A DNA stretch of 64,000 nt from assembly GCA_013239625.1 (NCBI GenBank), contig MU056050.1, forward strand, positions 1,288,084-1,352,083, written 5' to 3'. Both the position numbers and the translations under genes were made by a program. Source of the stretch: Lama guanicoe. Its lineage: Eukaryota. The notes beneath the pieces were generated by a model. The model did no database searches. It saw nothing but the letters and a program-made list of their open reading frames with translations, and was not told the origin of the DNA. Positions 24,420 through 35,210 of this stretch are shown one piece after another; the stretch's first letter is position 1; the number at the start of each line of letters is the position of its first letter.

Positions 24420-25696
24420 AAAAATCAGTTGACCATATGTCTGTTGGTCTATTTCAGTACTATTTTTTTCAACTGAAATATATATCTATCCTTTTGCTTT
24501 TTGCTAAAAACACTGTATGGAATACTGTTCTATAGTGAGTCTTAAAATTGGGTAGTGTGAGTCCTACAGTTTTGTTCTTTTCTAAAATTGTTTTGGCAAC
24601 TGTAGTTCCTTAGCATTTCTGTGTACATTTCAGAATTATCTTGCTGATTTCTGCAGTAGTCCTGTTGGAATTCTGTTTGAGATTATATTGAATGTGTGGA
24701 TATGTTTGGATAGAATGGACATCTTAACACAAGTCTTCAAATTCATAAACAGACAATATATCATTATTTATTTAGATCGTCTTGATTTCATTCATTAGTG
24801 TTTTGTATGTTTTGGTGTACAGATCTTGTACGTATTTTATTAGCTTATTATCTATTTTAGTTTTTTTGTGATGCTGTAAACTGTACTTTAAAAATAAATT
24901 TTGAAGTTTTTATTACTAGATTATATAGAAATAAGATTGATTCTTTTCTGTATTAACCTATGTCAAGTGACCTTACTAGTTTTAGTACTTTTTTGTCATT
25001 TTTATTGATTCTTTAGGATTTTCTACTGGGTAGTCATGTCATCTATAAATATAGCATATTTTATTTCTTCTTCCTTTAATTTTTTTTCTTGCATTATGGC
25101 ACTAGCTAGGACCTTCATTTTGACGTTGAGTTGAATGGAGAGAGCAAATATAACCTGTTTTGCAATCTTAGAAGAAAAGCAGTCTTTCACCATTAATTGT
25201 GATGTAAGATGTTTAATTGCAGGTGACCTTTATCAGTTGAAGTTCCCTTTCATTTCTAATTTTGCTGAGAGTTTTTTTTTTTATCAAGAATGAATATTGA
25301 ATTTTGTCAAATGTTTTCCTCTACTTATAAAGACAATTAGATGTGTCTTCTTTAATCTACTAATATGGTGAATTACATTGATTGATTTCTGAATGTTAAA
25401 TGAGCCTTGCATTCCCAGGAAAAACTCCTGTTGATCATGAAGTATTATTTATTTTTTATACTGTTGGATTACATATGCTAAAATATTGTTAAGACTAGTT
25501 GAATCTGTATGAGGCATAATGAGCTGCAGTTATCTTTTTCTTGTAATGAATTTGTCTGTTAATGTTGGTCATAGAATGAGTTTTGAAGTTAGGGTTCCTC
25601 TTTTATTTTAGGAAGAATTTTTTGTATAACTGGTACTTTTTCTTTAAGTGTGTGATAGAATTCCACAGTGAAACTATATGGGCTTTGAGGGACTAG

Positions 25697-25735
25697 TGTG
25701 TTTGTGTGTGTATGTGTGTGTGTGTGTGTGTATGT
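25697..25735. repeat. Interrupted (TG)n microsatellite
   Basis: tgtgtttgtgtgtgtatgtgtgtgtgtgtgtgtgtatgt seen directly. Confidence 0.9.
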
Positions 25736-27399
25736 GATAGTTTTAAAACTTAAGTTGAATTTTTCCTTGATACAGTGCAATGTATGTTGTTTGTTTCTTC
25801 TTGAGTGATCTTTGATAGTTTGTGCATTTTAAGGAATTTATCAATTTCACCTATATTGTAACCTGTATTTATACAAAAATATTTATAACATTTACTTATT
25901 ATCTTTGCCTTTGGTATCTGTAGTAATGTCTTCTCTCTCATTCTTGATATTGAAAATTCGTGGTTTTCTTTTGTTAACTGGATTAGCCTGACAAGAGTTT
26001 TATCAATTTTATTGATCTTCTCAAATAACCTGGTTTTGGTTTTGTTGATTTTATCTACTGGTTTTGTGTTTTCTGTTTCACTGTTTTCACTCTTATTTTT
26101 GGTGTCTTTTTGGATTTAGTTTGCCTTTTAAAGTTTTTTCTAGTTTTGAGAAGTTTCTAATGTAGGTACATAGTAGTATAATTTCTCCTTCAACATTTCT
26201 CTAGCTGCTTTACAAAAATTTTTATGTGCTGTCTTTTCGCTTTCATTCTATTCAAAATGCATTCTAATCCTCTCTGATTATTTCTTAGGCTCACAGGTTA
26301 TTTGGAGTGTTATTTAGAAGTATTTAATTGGTTACTAAATATTTAGGGATTTTTCTGATACAGATTTGGATATAGGTTTGTAATGTGAATCCATTGTGGT
26401 CACATAACAGACTGAGTTATTTAATAATTTTTTGTGTAATGTCATTTTTATTTTTGTACTACTGTATATGTGTGTGCTTTTTTCACTGACTGCTTTTAAG
26501 ATTTTTTTTCTTTATCACATTTTAAAAACATTCAATTATAATGTATTTTTGTTCATAACTCTTTTGCTTGGAATTCGCTGAACTTCTTGGATCTGTGGGC
26601 TTCTAATTTTAATTAAGTTTGATAATTGTTATTTATTTAAAATGTTAATTTCTCTTATTTCTGTCCTCCCTTTCAGTAACTTCAATGACATGTGCATCAG
26701 GTCACTTGAAATTGTGATAAGTCATTTCTGTTCTGTTCCACTTTTTTTTTTTTCTATTTTTCACTTTGTGTTTCATTGTGTATTATTTCCATTGCTTTAC
26801 ATTCAAGTTCACTACTATTTTATTTTGCACTGTTTAATCTGCTGTTAATCTCATATTAAGAATTTGTCTTCTCAGATTTTGTATTTTTCATATCTGTATA
26901 TTCAATTGAGTTCTTTTAAAATATAATCTCTTACTTTTCTTAACATTTTTTGTTTCCCTCTGCCTTCTTAAATATAGGAATATAATTATACTAACTGGCT
27001 TAATGTCCCTATTAATGTCCAACTAATTCTGTCATCATCTTTGTCATTTCTGTGTTGATTACAAGTGATTGATATTTTCTCCTCATTGTGTGTCATACTT
27101 CCACATCCTTGAATTAGTGGCAATTTTTGATTGGACACCAGACATTGTGAATTTTACCTTGCTGCATGCTGAATATTATTTCATTTCTTTACATATCACT
27201 GAACTATTTTTAAGACAAAGTTAAGTTACTTGCATGCAGTTTAATAATTTTGAGAAGAGCTGACTCAGTCCTGATAACATTGGTTCTTTTTCTTTGTTTA
27301 TTGGCCTTCACAATTGCATGTCATGTCTCTGTTTGCTTTGTTTACTTCCCACATTTTTTTCCTACTATACGTGGGAACTCTTGATGTTGTATTGACGAT

Positions 27400-27605
27400 G
27401 AGTGCCAGAAACTCCAGCTTAGCAACTCTACTTAAAATAGAAAGTTTGCTTCACCCAGTGTATTTATATCAACCACAGGAAGGAATCTGATTTGCCTTCT
27501 TAAGTCAATTGAACTAACCATTGTTGCTAGGAAGATGAAATGTTATGATTGGCCTGCCTAATCAGAAGAAACAAGATGAAAAATAGTACTGAGTAGATAG
27601 CACAA
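27400..27605. mobile_element. MLT1-type (ERVL-MaLR) LTR fragment
   Basis: gaaggaatctgatttgcc...aactaaccattgttgctaggaagatgaaatgttatgattggcctgcctaatca resembles MLT1J/K LTR sequence. Confidence 0.45.
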
Positions 27606-27629
27606 CAAAACAAAACAATAGTTCTTTAA

Positions 27630-28225
27630 ATACTACATCAGAGTAAGATTGTTATGCTCACCTGTTACTGTAGGGCTGTTAAGTTAAAATGTTTTTAGAA
27701 AGCAACTTTCTAATATGTATCAATAACCTCAAAAATTTAAATTTATGACCTAGCAATTCTATTTTAGGAAATTAACCTTAAGAAAATAATCAGACAGATA
27801 TACAAATGTTTATGTAAAAGCATATTTAGTACAGCATATCAGATAACAAAGAAAACTTTAAAATAATCTTAATGCCCAAAATTAGGTCAGTGTTTTAAAT
27901 AAAATATAGAATATCTATAAAATGGAATATAATGTGTCATTAAATATTATTTTAAACATACTTGTATTTTATAATTTTTAATTCATTCATATTGTGTGAA
28001 AATGTGGATTTAAACAGTAGAACTGTAACTACACTATGATAACTTATGTGAGTTTAACATATATGTGTGTTATGTGTACACACAAAAAACTTCAGAAAAG
28101 GCTAGATGGCAATACACTGACGAACTAACAGTTAACATTACATGACAGTTGACTTAAGTGGAAATTTTAGTTTTTCTTATAGTACTTTTTACTTTCCAAA
28201 TTTTCAATAATGAACATCTGTTATG
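27630..28225 (+). mobile_element. Ancient L1ME 3' end
   Basis: tatgacctagcaattctattttaggaattaaccttaagaaaataatc...ttccaaattttcaataatgaacat. Confidence 0.75.
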
Positions 28226-28296
28226 TTTAAAGTGTTTTCTTCCCTGATGTATATGAAAAATGGCTGTGACTTACTGTTGTTAAGAACACAGGCCAA

Positions 28297-28863
28297 GGGA
28301 ACCCGTATAAAACTTTCAGCTGATTTCTCTACACAAACACTACAGGCCAGGAGGGAGTGGCAAGATACATTCAAAGTCCTGAATGAAAAAAAGATGCAGC
28401 CTAGGATACTTTAACAAGCAAGGCTATCCTTTAGAATAGAAGGAGAGATAAAGAACTTCACAGACAAGCAAAAACTAGAAGAGTTTAGCAACACTAAACC
28501 CATGCTAAAAGAAATATTGAAAGGTCTACTCTAAATAGAAAAGAAGCAGGATGCTACAGAAATGAGAAAATCACAACTGGAAAGGTGATAACTACCATGA
28601 ATTACAAGTAGAATAAATATAAAATTGTAAAAGAAGATATCTAAATCATTAAGAGTGGGAGAGAGAAGCAAGAAAATATAAGGATTTTTTTTCTTTTTTT
28701 AATTTTTTGTTCTCAGTAGGATGGGTTTGAGCTTATATTACTATCTGTTTAATACAAACAATTATAGTAATGGGTTAATAGACTTACAAAAAAGGGTAAC
28801 CACAAGCCAAAAACTTACAAGTGAGTCACAAAAACTAAGGAAAATCCAAGATACAAAGGAAAA
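28297..28863 (+). mobile_element. Young L1 internal fragment: ORF1p C-terminal coding region plus inter-ORF spacer, with one premature stop
   Basis: Translates to KGTRIKLSADFSTQTLQARREWQDTFKVLNEKKMQPRIL*QARLSFRIEGEIKNFTDKQKLEEFSNTKPMLKEILKGLL* (natural stop 28532-28534), a classic L1 ORF1p RRM-end/CTD. Flanked by 17-bp direct repeats (28280-28296 / 28864-28880, 15/17 identical). Confidence 0.9.
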
Positions 28864-29199
28864 TTAAGGACAGAGGCCAAAATACAAAAGGCAGTCATCC
28901 CCTTAGCAAGACTTATTGGTTTAAGAAGTGAGTACATTAAGCAGGTCTGATCAGACACTTTACCTGATACATTCCCTGTAGACCTTCATTCTATTCAAGT
29001 CTAAATTTCTGTTCATGACCAACATTTCTGAATGTTTTTCCTGGTCATAAAGAGACTTGGAGAAAATTGGATTAATTCAGCATAATCTTTACCAAGGCTA
29101 GAAATAACTTTATATGTCAATAATCATTTTAGCTTTATATTTTCCTTAAAATATGACTAACTAGTAACTTTTCTCATGCAACTCAGATTGCATGAATTA

Positions 29200-30830
29200 C
29201 TTCTTTTTAATATATTTTTTAAATTTTTTAAATTCAAACATGCACAATGTTTAGCCTCCAGGAACCCCAAATCTATATACTATATATAATCTATATACTA
29301 GAATTACCAAGTTTTGATACTTATGCTTTATCTACACCCCCCCTTATTTAATGAAGCATTTTAAAGAAAGTCCCAGAAATCTTTTAATTTCACTTCAATA
29401 TACTTCAGTATGATCTTCAAAACCATGGATATTTCTTTATATAAGTAAAATGTCATTATCACACATTTGAAGATTTGAAAATTTCTTTATTTTAAACTCA
29501 AAGAATGGGCAGAAAACAAATAGAACCCTCAAAAAGGGTTAATCAAACTTCAATAGAAGGATTATTTACAAAGGCATAGGGAAAAAATTAGGAAAAGCAA
29601 CAAGAGATTGATACTACTCTGGAGCTAATGACATCAGGTATCCATTACCACTACTAGGTCTAAAGGATCAAGGAGAGGGAAGCAACTGGCAGAATCTTGA
29701 GAATCTAGCTAAACGGAAAGATTCACCCATAGTGATCAACCATCCTGATTTTCCTAAGACTGAGGAGTTTCTTGGAATTGTGGAACTTCTAGTGCTGAAA
29801 CTGTCCATTAGACAAGGAGCTATCTTTGGTGGGGGATGCATCCAACATGGCCAGTCCTCTGGTCTTGTGCTAGCACATCCCACTGGATAAATGGGATGCT
29901 GAGAGCAACAGTACCCTTTTATGTAAGCCATACAGGTCAGCCTCCATGGGCAGAAAATGAGTAGAGAGTGGATTAAGAGAGGTAAATAACATACAGCAGC
30001 AAGATTGTATTTACTTTATGTTGATCATTACTCAAATACCTGATTGCCTAACATAAGTATCTACTTGAATTTGTTTTGTTGAATCAGAATCCAGCACATT
30101 GCATTTAGTTTAATGTCTTTAATGTTTTTAATCCAGAACATTCTTCCCTGCCTTTTTTTTTTTTCTTTTCTCATCCTACTAACTTTTTTAAGAATCAGGC
30201 TCAGTTATTTTTGTAATATATCTCATAATCTAGGTGTGTTTGCTTCTCTGTGATGCTTTTTAACTTCCTCTACCCCATATTTCCTATAAACAAGAAATCA
30301 TCTATTAAGGCTTGATTAACTCAATATTCAACTTTTTTTGGTACATCGTAGGTGGTGGTGTGCAATCATATTGCATCACCTTAAGAGGCAAATAATGCCT
30401 TGTATTCCTTCACTTTCTGATATTGAGTATTTGGTGGGTTCAGATGATACCAATGTAATTCCTCTATTATAGAATTCTCCAAAAGTCTTTCATTTAATGA
30501 TTTCATTCATTGATTATTATTACTTGAATAAATTAATTCATTAGGAATTGCAACATAATTATCTTTCTAATTCTAGCATTTCTTCCATATGAAAGGAAAA
30601 AGAAATAAGTTTTACTCATAAATGAGGACTATTTGGTTAATCTGAAAGATAGTTTATACTGTTAAATCAGAAATAATTCCTAATCTTTTTTCTTTAATCA
30701 TCTATCTTGAAAGTACAGTTTTGGATCCTTACCTACAATAATAACATTTTATTTTTTGGTTTCTCTTTTTGAGTATCATTAGGATTGTTTTTTTAATATA
30801 TTCAATATAATTTTTTTTACTGTTAATGAG
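29200..30830 (-). mobile_element. Old L1MC/ME 3'-end region, split by an LTR
   Basis: tgaagcattttaaagaaagtcccagaaatc...tcaatatacttcagtatg (~29352); ttgaatcagaatccagcacattgcatttag (~30079). Confidence 0.6.
29500..29998 (-). mobile_element. LTR33/LTR41-like ERVL LTR containing a MER81-like hAT fragment (~29725-29805)
   Basis: aaggattatttacaaaggcataggga...ttaccactactaggtctaaagga matches recalled LTR33 antisense; tagtgatcaaccatcctgattttcctaagactgaggagtttcttgga...tagtgctgaaactg matches MER81. Confidence 0.55.
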
Positions 30831-30913
30831 TTTTTATTGTGTGCTTGCTATAAGTTCAGTGAGTTTAAATGAATTGGATATTAGAGATGGTACATCATAC
30901 CTCCTATATCATA

Positions 30914-31047
30914 CAGACAAACCATACATCCTGGTTTGTCCAGGAAGATCCCAGTTTGTTTCTGTTTTCCTACCATAATTATCAATAATGCCTCCTTTCT
31001 TTCTTTAATATGTCCTTATTTAGACTGTAAATTATATTGTCACTTTA
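30914..31047 (+). mobile_element. MER94-like hAT-Blackjack MITE (~134 bp)
   Basis: accatacatcctggtttgtccaggaagatcccagttt...cataattatcaataatgcctcctttc...aaattatattgtcacttta. Confidence 0.7.
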
Positions 31048-31949
31048 TATTATGGGCAGCACTACTTTAGAGTTATATCTTGAAGTTCTTCGCTAGAATT
31101 CAAGAAATAGTTCATATAAATTAGATAAACCCTGAAATAGACAGCTGAAGAGTTAAAGGTGGAACGATTCTATACTGTGTTTCCAGGTGGGTGCTCTGGA
31201 TCCTTTCAGCGTCTGGACTCTCAAGCATTTTTAGGACTGCTTGGATGGTGTGTTCATCCATCAGATACTGGAGAGGATTTGTTGATACTGTCCTATGATA
31301 TGTGCTATTAGAAGTGCTGCATTTCTCAAATGCCCAGCTACTCATTAAATTCAGTTCATTTTGTTCTTGCTCTACTGCTAGCCTAATGATCAGTGTGTGC
31401 CCGTGGAAAGTCAGTTCAATTGCCTCAGTGCATAACAAGGGCAAAGATAGGCACAGTGTTCTTTCCTTTAAATTACAGGCCATTTTAATACCTTATCTCT
31501 AGAAAGGAAGAAAGTTCAGAACTGGTAAATTGCAACTTACATAATGGTTAAGTTGTTAAGGAGTATTTTACTAAGATGCTGGCTGGCTTCTGAGAACTGG
31601 TTTTTAAAATGTTCAGAATTTTTGAAATTCTCTAGGGATCTTGAGTTACTTCTAAAAGATTTGCAATATATGGTAATGCTAATAGAAGCAGAGTGAGGTT
31701 GATTGAGGGCCTAGACAAGATAGCAGCTCAGTTTTTTTTTTCATTTTTGCACCCCTTCCACAAAAAAATTATTAAGTGACCCTGTAATCCTCGCAAGTTG
31801 AACATCATGGAAGGACTACTTTCCAGTGTCATGAGAAGGGATATAGCATCATTAAATAAGCCAAGATCTTGAGAGGTCCTAAAAACCCATATTCCCATAG
31901 TTGGCGTCTTTCTAGAAGAAGATCAATGGAAGAAAAGAAAAACTACACA

Positions 31950-32135
31950 TTAATTAGCTAATTAATGCATTGAACAAGTATGTGTGTGTGTGTGTGTGTA
32001 TGTATTGAAAACTCATTGTTTGCTAGGCAGTGTTCTTGGCACTGAATTCATCAGTGAAGATAACAGTATATATGGACATTTCATTTTAATAGGGGGAGAC
32101 AAAAAATAAGTGAAACAGAATGAATAAAGAAGATA
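31950..32135 (-). mobile_element. L2 3' end with an embedded (TG)n (~31980-32003)
   Basis: tgtattgaaaactcattgtttgctaggcagtgttcttggcactgaa...tttcattttaatagggggagacaa. Confidence 0.7.
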
Positions 32136-32139
32136 GTGG

Positions 32140-33290
32140 TGTTTCTGGTGCTGGCTGAGCTGGAGTAAGTTGCTACAGATGATTTCTCCAATTGATTACA
32201 ACTAAAACTACTGGGCAGAATACAAAAAGCAGCTGCCGGAAGATGCTGAAAAGTAAGCAGTGGCAGGAAGGTTGTTTTTTCTTTTTTTTTTTACTGCTTT
32301 AAAAAGTTATTTCCCTACTTTCTTGCCTGGCTTTAACCCAGGGTGAACCAAGTCCCAGAACTGCACTTTGAGTACAGAAAGCAAGAACTCTGAGAGAACT
32401 CTCTCTTTCTAGCCAGAGAACTAGGAAAAGAGGATCCTGTAACTCCAAAAGTGTGTGAAGAATCCCTGAGTTGTTTTTCTTTCTTTCCTTTTTTCTTTCT
32501 TTCTTTTCCTTCTCTTTTCTCCCTTGGCCAAGAAGCTTGCATAGTTGTAGTGGCAGAAGAGGAGGCAATGTGGACACCTGTAGTCCTGAGAGAAAACCTG
32601 TCTCTCTGGCTAGAGGAACCTGCAAAGGGATCTCCTGTGATCTGAAGAGGTGGAAGGAGGTATCTTGAAGATAGAACTAAAGTAGGGCTCTCCACATTCT
32701 GTGTATGAATCAGTCAAGTCTCAGACTCATCACCAGTGTTCCCCTATGCACATATGCAGCAGACCCAAAGAAACATAACAAAGACTTTAAGGATGGAACT
32801 ACAATACACAATGCCACCCAAGATCTAGACTAACCATTGAGATGTTCATGTGCAAGATAGATCTGAAGAGTGTAACAAAGGCCTTGAAAACCAGACATTG
32901 GAACCATTGCCTACATACAATGAGAAACAACATGCGATCTAAACATAACCGGGTTAATTGTCAGCTAAAACAAAACCCAAACCAAAATCAACATTCTCCA
33001 GAGAATTTTAATGGGACCCAGAATCTTACAACATAATATTCAAAGTCTAAGATATAGTCCCAAATTATTTGCCGTATAAAGGGCCAAGTGGCCAATTCTG
33101 AAGGTAAAAGAAAATTAACAGATGCTAACCCTAAAATACCCCCAGGTGATGGAATTATAAAGCCTTTAATGCAGCTATTATAAGCATAGTCCATGAGGAA
33201 AAGTTGAATACTCTTTTAAATGAATGGGAAGAGTGTAGTTCTCAGCAAAGAATTATAAGCTATGAAAAAAATGGAAATTTCACAGCTGAA
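32140..33290 (+). mobile_element. Old L1 (L1ME/M5-type) 5' UTR and ORF1 start remnant
   Basis: acaactaaaactactgggcagaatacaaaaag...; acaacataatattcaaagtctaagatatagtcccaaatta...; aaagcctttaatgcagctattataagcatagtccatgag. Confidence 0.6.
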
Positions 33291-33439
33291 AACAGATCTA
33301 CTTCACTAGGAAAAAATGAGTTTCTTGGCAGTATGCTTAGAAAGTTTGATTTTATGGCAAATTCCATTTTTAGAATTTTCAGTGTGTAAAAGTGCATTAT
33401 AGTAATTTGACCATCAACACTGTGGAAGTGAACAGTGAG

Positions 33440-34100
33440 GAGAAAGATAATTGCTCTGGATTAGGCTTCAGTTTTGGACAAGTTAACTTGCAGTGGGCTA
33501 TTAGGCATCAGACTAGAGGTGTCAAGCATGAAGTTTTATGTAAAAATATGGTGTTTGGGAATGAAGATATAAAAGGAAGAGTCCTTGGTATTTAGTGGTA
33601 GTGGTATTTAGCACCATTGGGTTTGTTGAAATCACATAATATGAAAGTATAGACATAAATGGGCAGACATTCCAAGAATGAGTAGAGGGCACTTGATTAT
33701 AGGAGACAGAGCAAGAAAAGGAATCTGAAGTGTAGCCAGAGAATTAGGAAGAAATCAAAAAGAGTGTAGTGTCATGGAGAACAATTGAAGACTGAATTTC
33801 AAGAATGAGATAACGATCAACTGTTGAATGCCGCTGAGAGGTGTAGAAGATGAGGACACAGAGGTAGCCATTAGATGTAATAAAATGAAGGTCATTATTG
33901 ATCTTGACAAGCGTAGATTCAGTGGAATGGTGGACAGAAAACCTCAATGAAGTGGGTATAATGAAAGCCTGGGAGGTGAGGAATATTAGCTATTTTAATA
34001 GAATAGTGAATATTAGCCCAGTTTTGAGAAAATTTGCTGAGAAGCAGGGACATGAGGAAGCAACTTGAGGAAAATTTGCAGTCAAGAGAGAGATCACATA
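33440..34100 (-). mobile_element. L2 LINE fragment
   Basis: cagttttggacaagttaacttg...gagtgtagtgtcatgga...gatcaactgttgaatgccgctgagagg...ggtcattattgatcttgacaagcgtagattcagtggaatggtgg. Confidence 0.8.
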
Positions 34101-34399
34101 TTGCTGGAACTGGATGGACCCAAGTCGAAAAACTGAGGTCAAGATTGGAAAAGTGACTGGCTCAAAATTGGATGGTGGCAATTGACTTTATAATTTACTG
34201 TTGATTTCCTTCCTAATAATTTTTCTTACACAAGAGTTGAAAAGTTAATATATTTACTTGTATATTTTTCTGCACACTCAAATAAACAAACTCTGAAGAT
34301 TTAAGGTACACCACAGATAGTAGCATCACTGTAAAGAGCAAAACAGCTTTCTATAAGCTTCTCTTAAGAGCACACAAGTAGAGTGTGGTTTGCAATTCA

Positions 34400-34745
34400 A
34401 TGGATATTTATTAACAACCAGCTATGTGAACAGCACTATGGGAAGTCGAAAATAAGTAACATACGCATCTTCTGTCCTCAAAGGGCATAAAACGTAGTTC
34501 TGTGTGGGGTTAATAAGATGCACATAAATAAATACCATAAAAAAGGAGTGAACTTCATATCATGTTTCTTATTCTCACCTATATATAGCATTTCCTTTAT
34601 TCTCCTTTTTATAACAGTGAGTTAACTGTCTCTTCCATCTTGCCATCTCTACATTTTCTTTCACTCACCCTCAGTACCCGGCACATGTTTGTACATAACA
34701 GGAACTTACTACATTCTTATTGACTTGAGTTTAATTGATGAATTA
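34400..34745. mobile_element. Two short L2 3' fragments in opposite orientations
   Basis: attttattaacaaccagctatgtgaacagcactatg (antisense); cagtacccggcacatgtttgtacataacaggaactt (sense). Confidence 0.45.
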
Positions 34746-35127
34746 AAATTACAATAAACATCCATTGGAACTGTGTTGATGGTCAGATTAAATAATGTTC
34801 TTCCACAAACACTCTTCATTATAAGTATAGAATTTACCAATAAATGATTTCCTTAACAAAATAATATGTAATACATTTTTTCTAGTAAGTGACAGGTGTA
34901 TAACTAAAATCCAACACTTTTGACTCCAGTGAAAGATGAGACTTAAAATATAGTTTAAGACTTTCCATCATTTAGTTATCTACCCACCACATTCAGTAGA
35001 CCTGTTCAGAAGTCTCTGCATAGGTTGACGCACCCATCCCATCCTTGTGACATAGGTGGCTGATAGGCTTAGCTCCCCTCCCTCACTGTAGTAAGCTTCT
35101 CCAACTGAGAATCTCAGGTAGATAATT

Positions 35128-35210
35128 ATACTACGTTGTATACTTACAAATCTAGCAAGAGGGGTAGAGCTCATGTTCAGTGCTCTTACCACAGTAAAAT
35201 AAAAAAAATT
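35128..35210 (+). mobile_element. Very short L1 3'-terminal fragment with an A tail
   Basis: tactacgttgtatacttacaaatctagcaagaggggtagagctcatgttcagtgctcttaccacagtaaaataaaaaaaa; weak TSD tagataatta / taaataatca. Confidence 0.7.

Larger units (their letters stand above)
21205..27250 (-). mobile_element. Large old LINE-1 (L1MC/MD-type) from 3' UTR through ORF2 to ORF1, interrupted by three nested insertions
   Basis: Antisense L1 phrases: cctggcaatcactgatctg (21361), aggagtaggattgctgggtc (22581), ctagctaggaccttca (~25102), gccttgcattcccaggaaaaa (~25404), and ORF1 ttcgctgaacttcttggatctgtggg (~26574). Confidence 0.85.

Noticed and set aside
28223..28414. 63-aa ORF as a gene
   Set aside because: Its C-terminal half is L1 ORF1p fused by chance to flanking sequence and ended by a nonsense mutation.
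31121..31483. 120-aa minus-strand ORF in non-repeat DNA
   Set aside because: No recognisable domain and no convincing splice pair; the length is attainable by chance. Only tBLASTn/PhyloCSF could rescue it.
32299..32695. Overlapping 108/120-aa ORFs with K/E/R-rich stretches
   Set aside because: They arise from a low-complexity (TTTC)-like tract inside an old L1 5' region.
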